Below the pieces are notes generated by a model, which saw nothing but the letters and a program-made list of their open reading frames with translations, was not told the DNA's origin and did no database searches. From assembly GCA_964201665.1 (NCBI GenBank), contig CAXNEW010000004.1, forward strand, positions 11,552 through 75,551: a DNA stretch of 64,000 nt, read 5' to 3'. Positions 1-9,774 of this stretch are shown here, one piece after another (positions within the stretch are counted from its first letter, which is position 1; every line of letters begins with the position of its first letter). This DNA comes from Bdellovibrionota bacterium (lineage in GTDB: Bacteria; Bdellovibrionota; UBA2428). A program made the translations under genes and the position numbers.

Positions 1-1
1 T

Positions 2-88
2 TTGAAAGTCGTCAATCGAGTTCAAGTTATTCCTCAGGGCAATACATTCAGCCTAGACGATGACGGGAATCTAAAGATTAGCAAATAA
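2..88 (+). CDS. 3' end of an unidentified CDS entering from upstream of the window (partial)
   Basis: Frame 2 is open from the window edge to TAA at 86-88 and reads ...LKVVNRVQVIPQGNTFSLDDDGNLKISK*. It is too short to assign a family. Confidence 0.3.
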   Translation: MKVVNRVQVIPQGNTFSLDDDGNLKISK

Positions 89-162
89 ATTCCGTTTATA
101 GGGACTTTTCTTAAACCTGATATCAGAATGTCCGGTGAATTTAGGCACCTGCAATCAAACTG

Positions 163-1779
163 TTAAATCTGAGATTTAAAATCTTTGGGGATATCAATCG
201 CAATGACTGTGGATTTGGGAAGGGATTTTCCGTCAAAGGCTGGAAAACTTGTTGTTAGTTTCTTTTCTGTTGATTGCGAACCTGGGTGTTGCACTGAGAG
301 AAGCAACTTTTTTCCGCCAGAAACAAAGCAGGGCCCCGTGAACTCTGCATCTGCTGGGGCCTCAGCCACTCGCATAAGTTTTCCTTTTTCTTTGCCAGAA
401 AGAGCTAAGAAAAAAAGAACATTACGCTGGTAGAATTCGTAAGGGGTTAATCCCAATTTTTTCTCAGAAACATCCGTCGTGATCCACAAATTTCCGTCAG
501 CATCGAAAATGAGATTATCGGGGCATGCGAGGCCATTTTCTGGAGAGCCTGCTATGACTTCGCGAAATTTAAATTTTTTATTGTTAGGGCTTTGGCCTTC
601 ACCTTCTTCAATTTCAAGAATCGAACCATAGGGCTTCTCGAATTTTTCAGCTCCCGTGAGAGCGACAAAAACATTTCCAGTTTTGGGATTAAGCGCCATA
701 CCCTCTGGCCTTGCCATCGGAGTTGCGCCCACAAGTTCTGCTGCATATTGGGCAAAAACAAGAACATCGAGTTGAGATTTAAACTCTTTTTGAAGTACCG
801 AATTTTTGGATCTTTCAAGCGGAACCCATTCGCCCTGGCCCTTAATAAAATCCATTTTAGCGCAGTACAGGATTCCTTTTTCTAGGGAGTTTTCACTATC
901 GGCCGCGAACTTAAACAAGGCTCCACCGGTTCTATCCTCGCCCATGTAAACAACAGTCTTGTTATCTTTTCGTCTTACAAACAGGGCCCCTTCGTGCCGA
1001 AACCGACCTAAAGAAACATGTTTTACCGCGTTCCCCGTTTTTGGGTTTATTTCAACCACCCACCCATAGTGCCGAGGTGAAAGTGGAAAATGCCTCCACC
1101 AATCAAACTCGGATTTCTCAAGTATTCTTGTGTTTTTATAGGGTTTAATTTCGCCATAAAAATCTTGGTAGTTTTCTTCACCACTCAAAAACGTTCCCCA
1201 ATCGGTGGTTCCACCGGAACAATTGGCGAGAGTGCCTACCGCGGTTTGTGAGCCATCAATAGTTTCCAGACCACTAAACGGAATTTGTGTACTGCCATCG
1301 AATCTTTTATTTTCAGAACTTTCTAAATCAATCGCAAAACCTTGAGCAGAATCATTTATTTTTAAAAGGGATCCCCCTACCCACTGTCTTTCGCGCGAAA
1401 CTGTTTGCAAATCAGCCACTCGGTCCCAGTTTCCATCAACTAACTGGCGAATATAGGCTTCGTGATTGACCCAAAGATAGCCGCTGCCTGCCCCCGTGTA
1501 TTGCACACCGAGAAAATCAGCACAGTCACCAAAACATAAACCCTGCCCAATTGCGTCGCCTGTTTTAATGAGAGTTTGATATTTAAATCCACGCGCAAGC
1601 TTTAGCTCGTCACTTTCTACTGCCAAACCCTCAAGTAAATTATTTTTAAGTCCCGCACATCCACCCAAAAGAATTGAGGCCCCTAAAAAGGAACCCAACT
1701 CAAAGGCCCGTTCTAAAAATTCGCGCCGAGACAAAACTCGGGGGTCAGATTTTAAAATCATGCGAGCAAAGATACACAA
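163..1779 (-). CDS. phoX: PhoX-family (DUF839) secreted alkaline phosphatase with a Tat-type signal
   Basis: N-terminal twin-arginine motif SRREFLERA followed by a hydrophobic stretch and GGCAG. The PhoX signature region is GTLANCSGGTTDWGTFLSGEENY, and the 538-aa length is typical. The track start is TTG; an in-frame ATG at 1761 is an alternative start. Confidence 0.85.
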   Translation of the reverse strand: MCIFARMILKSDPRVLSRREFLERAFELGSFLGASILLGGCAGLKNNLLEGLAVESDELKLARGFKYQTLIKTGDAIGQGLCFGDCADFLGVQYTGAGSGYLWVNHEAYIRQLVDGNWDRVADLQTVSRERQWVGGSLLKINDSAQGFAIDLESSENKRFDGSTQIPFSGLETIDGSQTAVGTLANCSGGTTDWGTFLSGEENYQDFYGEIKPYKNTRILEKSEFDWWRHFPLSPRHYGWVVEINPKTGNAVKHVSLGRFRHEGALFVRRKDNKTVVYMGEDRTGGALFKFAADSENSLEKGILYCAKMDFIKGQGEWVPLERSKNSVLQKEFKSQLDVLVFAQYAAELVGATPMARPEGMALNPKTGNVFVALTGAEKFEKPYGSILEIEEGEGQSPNNKKFKFREVIAGSPENGLACPDNLIFDADGNLWITTDVSEKKLGLTPYEFYQRNVLFFLALSGKEKGKLMRVAEAPADAEFTGPCFVSGGKKLLLSVQHPGSQSTEKKLTTSFPAFDGKSLPKSTVIAIDIPKDFKSQI

Positions 1780-1819
1780 AGTGAGGCCTTATCGAAACAC
1801 CCCTGAAAGAAAAACTCTC

Positions 1820-4800
1820 CTAACGTTTGGACGCTGTTGCCAAAAAGGTTTTCGAAGACGCCCTTAGAGCCGTAAGGGCCTGCGCAACTTTTGTTTTCTC
1901 AGTCTTAAATTTTTCCACAACCAGACGGGAATTTTCAATTTCCTGGGCAGTCTCAAACAAACCGGGTGCAAATTCTTCGCTTTCACTAGACCTCAGTAAA
2001 ACTTCTACATACGGCTTTAGGAGTTCTGTTTGCGCCAACAGGGATTTTCTAAATTCAGGATCCAATAAACTTTTTGAATTTTTTTCAAGCCAAGCATCGG
2101 TTCCGGGTCTGTTTTGTGAGCCCCAATACAAACTTAAAAATCGATCAAACAATCGGCTTTTTGGAAAAGTGACATAAGCCAAGCCTAAACTCGCAGCATA
2201 GGCCTCAGCATAGGCTCGCAGACTTGAAACTTCTCCAATATTTTTTCCGAACAGTTTTCGCTGCTCTTTTTTCAATTTTTTTAAGGCCTCACGGAGTTCA
2301 ATTTTGGGCTCTTTCGTTAAAACCTGGCCCAATTCATTTACAAAATCGGCCTCACTTTTTGCCAACTCATTGAGGGCGGTCAAAATGGGCGCCGATTCCG
2401 ACTGTCTCAACTCCTTTGAAAACTCTTGATAGCGGGCGACTTGGCCTTTGATTTGGTTCCAAGTATTTTCGTGTACTGTCATCGCCCATTTCGGATTTTG
2501 CCTTAAAAGTGTGGCAAGGGTTCGAGCGGCCTCTACAAATAGAAAGGGATTAGGAAGGTCGCGATACTTTGCAAAACGATTTACCTGACTCTCTGGAGTT
2601 CCCTCCACAATTCCCCTCTGGCTGAGTGACCAGCTCTCACCAAGCTCTGACCAAAAAGAAAGATTTCTTGAGGGCGATTTCAAGCTTTCAAAAGCCAAAT
2701 TCAAGAGACTGACCTCGCGGGTTTGGAAATCCACACCTAATACATTTCCGTTTACTCGATTTTTCAAATAGGCAAAACACTCTTCAAACTCAGTTAAGGT
2801 CAAAGTGCCCTGGAGTTTTTGATTGCAATCAAGGACCTTCTCAAGAAAATCAACTTGTTCTTGCCCCTCCTGGGCCTTAACCGAGGCTAAGTAATCTTCC
2901 ATCTGGCGGTTGTATTGGCTGTTCTGATGACTCATTTCCTGTTCAAGAGTCTCCACTTTTAAATTTTTTAAAAAATCTGTAGCCTCGCCTTTTAGGGTAT
3001 CCACACTGGCCCTGATTTCACTAGGAAGTCCCAAGGCGTTGGTCCGAATTTCATCTCGTGTAGATTTCAGGGCATCGGCCATCGTACTGATTTTTTCAAC
3101 AAACTCGGTGTGGTTTTTTGCCTGCTGCGAATCGAGAGATTCTTGGGTTTCTTTTCTGTCGGCTGCGATCTGAGCCCGCAAATTCTGCAATTGCTCAACG
3201 GACTCACCCTTATATTGAGCTAAAATTTGATCACGCTTTTCTTGATTTTCTAAAAATTTTTTCTCGAGATCCTTGCTTTGACTGGCTATGACGATGCGAA
3301 GTTCATCGATCCTTTTTTTAAATTCTTCGTTTTGTTTGGATGTGTATCCTGCCGAAGGACCGATTCCCTTTGCAAAACCCGGAGCAATCCAAAGCCCCTC
3401 CTCTAAGGCTCCGAGTTGATTTGAGATTTCGGTTCGGAACAAAGCAAAGGATGTTGCCAAGTTTTCAATTCCTGTCGAAGCCATAGATACTTTTTTCAAG
3501 GCGAGGGTTTGAGTTGCTAAAAGCTCAGCCAAAGCGAAATTTAACGAGGCCAAGTGCTCTATTGAAATATCAGACCCCGGCCCTTCCAAAAAAGACTCGC
3601 CTAAAAGGTTTTTAGAAATTTTGGCAATATCGTCAACAAAAACCTGGGTCTTCGGGGTATAAACAAAATTCGTCGAGTTATGAAATTCCGCCAACGAGGA
3701 CCAAAGATTTTTTAGAACTTCAGTAAACAATTTAACCTGAAAGTTTCGAACGCGGTTCTCGGCAGCGCTGTCAAACAGAACTCTTTCCTTTTTGCTACCG
3801 GCTCTAAGACCCAAATCGGAGTATCTGCCGCCGAGCTCATGAATCCATTCAATGCGTGTGTTGAGGATGGAAATCATTGACGAGGCACGTAAGAGGTCCT
3901 CAATGAATCGGCCTGATTCTTGGTAAACCAAATCTAATTTTAAAGAAGCTAATTGGGTTCTTAAAAAATAGTCCCACGACAAGGACGACAAATAAACTGA
4001 ATCGTTTTTGAGGTCGGCTGGAGGCAAATTCCGATTTTTTTTTCGTTGTGATTCTAATAAATCTTTTCGAAGAGGCTCAATAAGCTCGAAGGCTGCCTCC
4101 GCCCCTGGAAGTTCAAGTTTTGCATTCTTCAAAAACAGATTTTTTGAGTTTTCAGTCCATTGAGGGTCGCTTGATTTTCTATCCAATTGAATTTCATAAA
4201 TTCTACGACCAAGGGATTCGGGCTTTACCTGAGAAAAATAGGAATCCCCCCGAAGAGAATCATCTTCTGGCTTCGGCAGAAAAGCGACTATCATTTTTTC
4301 AAAGTCGATTTTTTTTTCCGGATTTGAAACGCTCACATTGTAAAACTTTTTAAGAAGGGCCGGGGTCAAACTTCGAAGCTCGTCAAACAAATGTTGAGCA
4401 AAAACCAAAAATTCGATCCGAATATTTAGAGGCATGTCCCAGTTAAGTGCCGGATCCATGAACGCCAATACACCCTTTAACCGGCCATCCTGAAACCCTT
4501 TTTGCGCAAAGGATTGTGGACTCTGCCCTAACCATCCCCAAGTTCGAATTTCGGGATCGACGATGTCGTGGGCTCGCTTTGCTAGTACTGCAATGCTTTG
4601 GAAATTTTCTTGGCTCAAACTAGGAAGTTTCGACCAGTCTATCTCAGTAGGGACTCCGGCGAACCTCGCGAAAATTGCAGCCTCAATTTTTGCGAAATCC
4701 GACACTTTAGAATTTTCGCTTGGCGTATCGTCGAGGTTTTCGACTAAAACGGCCACCATGGAAAGTGGAGCGTTTTCAAAATCCTTAAGCACCCTGAGTG

Positions 4801-4978
4801 TGAAAAGATGCTTTTGAAGGACTTGCTCGGGTTCTAAGACCTCTTGAGATGAGGGCTCTCTGGTCTGCAATTGGCGCAAACCCTTTTTCAGAGATGTCGT
4901 CCAGGTACAACCCCATGCAAAACTCAAGAACAACAGTAAAAAGGCATTCCAACTCAAGCCTGTTTTTATTGTTTTCAT
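1820..4978 (-). CDS. Large coiled-coil lipoprotein of unknown function (tandem paralog A, 1052 aa)
   Basis: Long uninterrupted ORF. Signal peptide with a lipobox-like FAWGC. The central region is E/K/Q-rich with a heptad-like character. The N- and C-terminal regions align by eye with the upstream 1069-aa ORF (for example LAKRAHDIVDPEIRTWGW vs LAKRAHDLVDPQIGTLGW, and LVVEKFKTEKTKV vs LVVEKFRTEKAKI). Confidence 0.8.
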   Translation of the reverse strand: MKTIKTGLSWNAFLLLFLSFAWGCTWTTSLKKGLRQLQTREPSSQEVLEPEQVLQKHLFTLRVLKDFENAPLSMVAVLVENLDDTPSENSKVSDFAKIEAAIFARFAGVPTEIDWSKLPSLSQENFQSIAVLAKRAHDIVDPEIRTWGWLGQSPQSFAQKGFQDGRLKGVLAFMDPALNWDMPLNIRIEFLVFAQHLFDELRSLTPALLKKFYNVSVSNPEKKIDFEKMIVAFLPKPEDDSLRGDSYFSQVKPESLGRRIYEIQLDRKSSDPQWTENSKNLFLKNAKLELPGAEAAFELIEPLRKDLLESQRKKNRNLPPADLKNDSVYLSSLSWDYFLRTQLASLKLDLVYQESGRFIEDLLRASSMISILNTRIEWIHELGGRYSDLGLRAGSKKERVLFDSAAENRVRNFQVKLFTEVLKNLWSSLAEFHNSTNFVYTPKTQVFVDDIAKISKNLLGESFLEGPGSDISIEHLASLNFALAELLATQTLALKKVSMASTGIENLATSFALFRTEISNQLGALEEGLWIAPGFAKGIGPSAGYTSKQNEEFKKRIDELRIVIASQSKDLEKKFLENQEKRDQILAQYKGESVEQLQNLRAQIAADRKETQESLDSQQAKNHTEFVEKISTMADALKSTRDEIRTNALGLPSEIRASVDTLKGEATDFLKNLKVETLEQEMSHQNSQYNRQMEDYLASVKAQEGQEQVDFLEKVLDCNQKLQGTLTLTEFEECFAYLKNRVNGNVLGVDFQTREVSLLNLAFESLKSPSRNLSFWSELGESWSLSQRGIVEGTPESQVNRFAKYRDLPNPFLFVEAARTLATLLRQNPKWAMTVHENTWNQIKGQVARYQEFSKELRQSESAPILTALNELAKSEADFVNELGQVLTKEPKIELREALKKLKKEQRKLFGKNIGEVSSLRAYAEAYAASLGLAYVTFPKSRLFDRFLSLYWGSQNRPGTDAWLEKNSKSLLDPEFRKSLLAQTELLKPYVEVLLRSSESEEFAPGLFETAQEIENSRLVVEKFKTEKTKVAQALTALRASSKTFLATASKR

Positions 4979-5019
4979 GCTTCCTTAAACCCCAGTTCTA
5001 TTAAAAAGAAATCCTCAAA

Positions 5020-8000
5020 TTACTTTTTTCTCGCGTTGGCTAAGAAACTTTTTGAGGACGTTTTCAAAAAGTTCAAGGCCTCGCCAATTTTTGCCTTTTC
5101 GGTTCTAAATTTTTCAACAACTAAACGAGAGACTTCGACATCTTGACCCACGTCATTGAGACCGAAAACAAACTCCTCTTCAGGCTGTGCTGAAATTTGC
5201 GCTTGGACATAAGACCTCAGGGCCTGAGTTGTTTCTCCATTGAGCCTTCGAATTGTGGGATCGGAGAAATTTTTCGCTGGACCTAAAAGCCAGGCATCGG
5301 TCCCAGGTCTCCTGTTATCGCTCCAATAAAAGCTAAACATGGGATCAAAAAATCGTGAGTTTGGAAATGTCACCGAAGCCAATCCAAGGCAAGCCGCATA
5401 ACTTTCAGCGTAGGCTCGCAAACTTGAAATTTCCCCCACATTTTGTCCAAAGAGCGTTCTCGGCGATATTTTTAACTTCTTCAAAGCGTCACGGAGTTCT
5501 ATTTTTGGATTCTGGTTATAAACAGAATTAAGTTCTTCAAAAAAACTGGCTTCATGGGTTTTAAGTTCATCAAGTGCAGCCAAAATTGGAGCCGAGTTGA
5601 CCGATCTCAACTCTCGAGACAGGTCTCGAAAACGGGCAATTTGGTTTTTGACTTCATTCCATCCGTTCTCGTCAACCTGAGTTGCAAATTTAGGATGGCT
5701 GCGCAGAAGTTTTGAAAGGGCTCGGGTAGCCTCAACAAAAACCTGCGGGTTGGGCAAATCTCTGTACTTATCAAATTTCTTTGCCCGTCGAGGCCATTTT
5801 CCGGAAGTCTTTGCTCCAGCGGTGCTCGCCCAGCTTTCTCCCATCTCAGACCAAAAAGAAAGATTACGAAGCGGAGATTTTAGAGTTTCAAAACTTATAT
5901 TAAGGGGACTCACGGCGCGGAGGGGATAGTCTATACCAGAATTTTTTCCGCTTATTCTGTTTTTCAAAAACGAAAAACAATTGTCAAATTGACTCTGGGT
6001 CAGAGCCCTCGATTCCATTTGTGCGCAAGCTGAAATGTTTTCAACAAAATCTATGTATTCGCTGCTTTCTTGTTCCCGAACCGTAACTAAGTATTCCTCC
6101 ATTTGGCGGTTGTATTGGTCGTTTTGGCGGCCCATTTCTTCTTCAAGTACTCGGGTCTCTACTCGCCGAACAAAATCAAGGGACTCTTTTTTAAGATCGC
6201 GTGCGCCTGCCCTGAGTTCATCGCCAACCTGCTGAGCTCCGGCCGTAAGTTCATCCTGAACTACCTGAGCACCAAAATTGAGCTCATCGCGCGTCTCCTT
6301 AAGTGTTTTGGCCACCAGTGCCAGTTGTTCAGTAAGGGCAATTTGCTGCTCCAAGGCCTGTTGGTTGAGAAAGCCCTTGAATTTATCTCGGTCGTCAGCG
6401 AGCTCACTTTTTATTTTTTGGATTTGTTCCTCGGATTCAACTTTGTAGTCTGTCATAAGGCCATCGAGTTTGTTTTGATTTTCAGCAATGCGATTCTGAA
6501 GTTCCTGACTTTGTTTACCGAGTTGAGTTTGAATTTCTTCAACCCTTTGTCTTAAGTCTTTATTTTGCTCGGCAACAGAGTTCACTTGACCCGACACACC
6601 AGCAACTTGGTCCGACACCCCGGCCACTTGCCCGGACACGCCGGTCACCTGTTGAGAGACCGCGGCAACTTGTTGGCTCAACCGACTTTCAGTCGCTGCC
6701 AGTTCAGCTAGAACTTCTTTTCGAAACTGAGCAAGGTTTTCGGTTAACACCGCCACCTGGTCGCCAACCATGGTGATTCTTTTTGTCATGAGAGTTTGGG
6801 TTGCAGAAAGTTCTGCAAGGCTTAAATGCAAACTTGCAATGTGTTCAACAGAAAGCCCCTTGGTCTCTTTTTGCAAAAAAGGATTTTCTAACATTTCGCG
6901 CGTCAGGCGTGAAATATCATCGACATAAACCTTTGTAAGATCAGTATAAGCGAATTCTGTTTGTGTGTGGAATTGGGCCAGGGAAGCCCAGAGGTTTTGT
7001 ATGACCCCAGAAAGAGTTTGAAGGTGAAGATTCCGAATCTCGTTCTTAGTATCAGTTTTAAAAACTATTGTTTGTAGTTCTTGGCCTTTCCCCCATCCTC
7101 GAGAAGCATAATAATCGTAGACTTTTTCAAACTGCGTATTGATCAAAGCAATCATTGAATAACTTCGAACAAGGTCATAAATAAATTTACCAGCTCCGGG
7201 GTGGGCCAATTCTAGCTTTAAGGACCCTATCTGGGTTCGTACAAAAAACACCGAACTTAAATGGGATAAAAACCCCTTATCACGATGGTACTCGACTTGA
7301 GAAGCACGATGCATGTCGGTCGCTTTCAAGTAATACTCCCGCAAAGGTTCAATCCCTAGGAAACTTTGTCGGGCACCACTATTTTCAGTATTCGCATTTT
7401 TGTTAAACCAATCGATGGCATTTTCAGCAGCGATGCCATTCCAATAAGCATCTGTATCGTCCTTCACAAATTTTGCCAAAAATTCTCGTGTAACGGGTGT
7501 GAAGTAACCTTCCCAGCGGGCCAACTCTCCTTTAGGCCTCGGGAGCTCGCTGAAAACTGTTTTCTCAAAATCAGCTTTTTTTTCATCGTTTGAAGAGGCT
7601 AACTCATAAAACTTGTGTGCCAACGCAGGCGCTAAACCTTGCATTTCTTCAAGAATAGAATAGGCAAACATGTAAAACCTAAATCGGTTGTCCGAAGGCG
7701 GAGGATTCACATCATCTTTGGAGTCAAGATCATTCAGTATCCACTTTGTGCGATCGTCAAAGAGCCACCTTTCGGTGATTGTGGGTTGAGAATGACCAAC
7801 CCACCCTAGTGTTCCAATTTGAGGATCGACCAGGTCGTGGGCCCTCTTTGCCAAAGCAGCAATCGTCTTGAAATCTTGAGAAGTCAATCTAGGAAGGACT
7901 TTCCATGTGCCTCGAGAGACTGCTTTCCCTAATCGAGAAACTAGAGCTGACTCAATGCGGATAAATTCCAAAATTTGAGAATTGTCGTTAGAAACACCAT

Positions 8001-8229
8001 CAATTTTTTCAACAAGGGCCGCAACCAACGAGAGCGGAGATTTTTCAAAATCAAAAAGAAGCCTAAGGGCGAAAAAATGTTTTTGAAGAGTTTGTTCGGG
8101 ATCCAAACTTTCCTGAGACGACGGCTTCCGGAACTGGGTTTTTGTTGCCCCTTTTTCGACAGAAGAAGTAAAGGTACACCCACCTGTTATCAAAACAAAA
8201 GAAAGTAATTGAATTTTATTTAATCTCAT
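5020..8229 (-). CDS. Large coiled-coil lipoprotein of unknown function (tandem paralog B, 1069 aa)
   Basis: Long ORF with lipobox ITGGC. It is a paralog of 1820..4978 and contains the heptad peptide repeat QQVAAVSQQVTGVSGQVAGVSDQVAGVSGQVNSV. Confidence 0.8.
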   Translation of the reverse strand: MRLNKIQLLSFVLITGGCTFTSSVEKGATKTQFRKPSSQESLDPEQTLQKHFFALRLLFDFEKSPLSLVAALVEKIDGVSNDNSQILEFIRIESALVSRLGKAVSRGTWKVLPRLTSQDFKTIAALAKRAHDLVDPQIGTLGWVGHSQPTITERWLFDDRTKWILNDLDSKDDVNPPPSDNRFRFYMFAYSILEEMQGLAPALAHKFYELASSNDEKKADFEKTVFSELPRPKGELARWEGYFTPVTREFLAKFVKDDTDAYWNGIAAENAIDWFNKNANTENSGARQSFLGIEPLREYYLKATDMHRASQVEYHRDKGFLSHLSSVFFVRTQIGSLKLELAHPGAGKFIYDLVRSYSMIALINTQFEKVYDYYASRGWGKGQELQTIVFKTDTKNEIRNLHLQTLSGVIQNLWASLAQFHTQTEFAYTDLTKVYVDDISRLTREMLENPFLQKETKGLSVEHIASLHLSLAELSATQTLMTKRITMVGDQVAVLTENLAQFRKEVLAELAATESRLSQQVAAVSQQVTGVSGQVAGVSDQVAGVSGQVNSVAEQNKDLRQRVEEIQTQLGKQSQELQNRIAENQNKLDGLMTDYKVESEEQIQKIKSELADDRDKFKGFLNQQALEQQIALTEQLALVAKTLKETRDELNFGAQVVQDELTAGAQQVGDELRAGARDLKKESLDFVRRVETRVLEEEMGRQNDQYNRQMEEYLVTVREQESSEYIDFVENISACAQMESRALTQSQFDNCFSFLKNRISGKNSGIDYPLRAVSPLNISFETLKSPLRNLSFWSEMGESWASTAGAKTSGKWPRRAKKFDKYRDLPNPQVFVEATRALSKLLRSHPKFATQVDENGWNEVKNQIARFRDLSRELRSVNSAPILAALDELKTHEASFFEELNSVYNQNPKIELRDALKKLKISPRTLFGQNVGEISSLRAYAESYAACLGLASVTFPNSRFFDPMFSFYWSDNRRPGTDAWLLGPAKNFSDPTIRRLNGETTQALRSYVQAQISAQPEEEFVFGLNDVGQDVEVSRLVVEKFRTEKAKIGEALNFLKTSSKSFLANARKK
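6584..6688 (-). repeat. In-frame 21-nt tandem repeat (about 4-5 units) inside paralog B
   Basis: Plus-strand units are acttgacccgacacaccagca / acttggtccgacaccccggcc / acttgcccggacacgccggtc / acctgttgagagaccgcggca / acttgttggctcaaccgactt. They encode 7-aa units of the VSGQVAG type. Confidence 0.85.
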
Positions 8230-8235
8230 GTGCCC

Positions 8236-8631
8236 TCACTTTTTTGATGCCAAGAGCTCGGCCAATGAATTGAGTTCAGATTCAAGAGCAAGTTCACCCA
8301 GCGAATAGCCTTGCACAGTGGCATCCCCTCGGGCCCCCTTTGCCACAAGGAATTTGGCAACATCTTCCTTTCCCTCAGCCAGGGCAACCATAAGAGGATT
8401 TAAAATCACGCCGTCAACTTCCACACTTTCATTCAAATCCGCTCCCTCCGCCAATAACTTTTTCACCCCTTCAAGGTCACCAAGCCCAGCAGTCAAGCTT
8501 AACTCCCCGACCGGAATCCCGGGCTTGGCCTGAGTACGCGGCGGCTCAACCACCACAACTTTTTTAACAGGTGTGTATTTCATGCAAGCCCCCAAAGAGA
8601 CTAAAGCACTTAAATAAATAATTTTTTTCAT
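8236..8631 (-). CDS. Small ankyrin-repeat lipoprotein
   Basis: Signal peptide plus lipobox SLGAC. Ankyrin-like consensus is visible in GDLEGVKKLLAEGADLNE and NPLMVALAEGKEDVAKFLVAKGA. Confidence 0.7.
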   Translation of the reverse strand: MKKIIYLSALVSLGACMKYTPVKKVVVVEPPRTQAKPGIPVGELSLTAGLGDLEGVKKLLAEGADLNESVEVDGVILNPLMVALAEGKEDVAKFLVAKGARGDATVQGYSLGELALESELNSLAELLASKK

Positions 8632-8648
8632 TTTAATTTTTCCTCAAT

Positions 8649-9071
8649 TTATTTTTTTCCGCTTGGATCAGCGGCAATGGCGACCTGTTTAATTCCCATT
8701 TCTCTAACTAAATCAACAAGAGCTAAAACTTGGCCGTGGCGCGCGTCTTTATCGGCAGCCACTATGGCATCAGAGAGTGGGTCAGAATTGAGCGCTTTAA
8801 GAATTTTGGGTTCCAGGCTTTTAAGATCGGCTATGTCTTCAGAACCTAGTTTAATTTGTCCATCGGCCGTTACAAAAAATCTCAAGGTGACGTGGTCAAT
8901 TTTTTCTGCCGAAGTGGCCTTGGGCAATTGAACCCGAACACCTGATTGGTAAACCACGGGAGCAGCGATCATAAAAATAATCAGAAGAACTAAAGTGACA
9001 TCCACAAAGGGAGTCACGTTAATTTCTGAGATTGAGTCATCACCGCCCGAATCTTTTGCACCACCGGCCAC
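8649..9071 (-). CDS. exbD: ExbD/TolR-family biopolymer transport protein
   Basis: Characteristic N-terminus INVTPFVDVTLVLLIIFMIAAP, a single TM segment, and 140 aa. It lies immediately downstream of the ExbB-like gene. Confidence 0.85.
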   Translation of the reverse strand: MAGGAKDSGGDDSISEINVTPFVDVTLVLLIIFMIAAPVVYQSGVRVQLPKATSAEKIDHVTLRFFVTADGQIKLGSEDIADLKSLEPKILKALNSDPLSDAIVAADKDARHGQVLALVDLVREMGIKQVAIAADPSGKK

Positions 9072-9073
9072 AA

Positions 9074-9703
9074 TTATTTCTCCGCCGTAATTAAAGCAGC
9101 CACACCCTCGACTCGAGTCATAACAGCCTTAACTTTTTTATTGAAATAGTTGAAATAAAACACCGCTGGAATCGCAACCATTAGGCCCACAGCGGTTGCC
9201 ACGAGGGCTTCAGAGAGGCCAACGCCGACAGTCTGAATGCCACCACTACCACCCTCGCCCGAGCCTCCACCTAAATCATGAAAGGCGCGAATAATTCCAA
9301 TGACAGTTCCAAAGAGTCCTATAAAGGGCGCGTTGTTTCCGAGGGTTCCAAGGATGCCCAAAAAACTTTCAAGCTTCAGGCGCTCTGAAGTTAAAAGTGC
9401 AGAAGCTCGCTTGTGGGGTTCAGCTCCACCTACAAGACTTTTCAAAACCCGAGTTTCAACACAAGGATACTGCGAGGCCCAGGTTTCAACCGACTTGCCA
9501 AGGTCAGCGGGTTTTTTTCCGCCCTCAACCCAGGCTGATAACTGATCAGTCCAAAAACGCGCACCGACTTTTTCTTGGGCCGAAAGTGAACGCATACGAT
9601 TTAGGATAATGCCCACAACCAAAACGGCGAGCGCAAGTAGCAACCATAGAACCCACTCTGAACCTAACTTTAAGAAAAACTGAAACAATCCATGAATCAA
9701 CAT
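9074..9703 (-). CDS. exbB: MotA/TolQ/ExbB-family proton channel
   Basis: Conserved segment NAPFIGLFGTVIGIIRAF and C-terminal TM segment ALVATAVGLMVAIPAVFYFNYF; 209 aa. Confidence 0.85.
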   Translation of the reverse strand: MLIHGLFQFFLKLGSEWVLWLLLALAVLVVGIILNRMRSLSAQEKVGARFWTDQLSAWVEGGKKPADLGKSVETWASQYPCVETRVLKSLVGGAEPHKRASALLTSERLKLESFLGILGTLGNNAPFIGLFGTVIGIIRAFHDLGGGSGEGGSGGIQTVGVGLSEALVATAVGLMVAIPAVFYFNYFNKKVKAVMTRVEGVAALITAEK

Positions 9704-9774
9704 TAAAAAACTCCTTCTTTTAAAAATCTAAACTTTTTTTGTTTATTAATTTTTTTAAATAAATAATGACTGTC

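Noticed and set aside
6103-6555. Antisense or embedded ORFs inside long genes (for example 6103..6555, 26029..26421, 28654..29124, 36138..36476, 37323..37757, 53326..53715, 21776..22195)
   Set aside because: All lie opposite or out of frame within CDSs that carry strong family motifs. They show low-complexity or biased composition and no start signals, so they are shadow ORFs.
6584-6688. Possible CRISPR-like or non-coding tandem array
   Set aside because: The units are contiguous with no spacers, are 21 nt long, and lie in frame inside a long, well-supported CDS. They are a coding heptad repeat.
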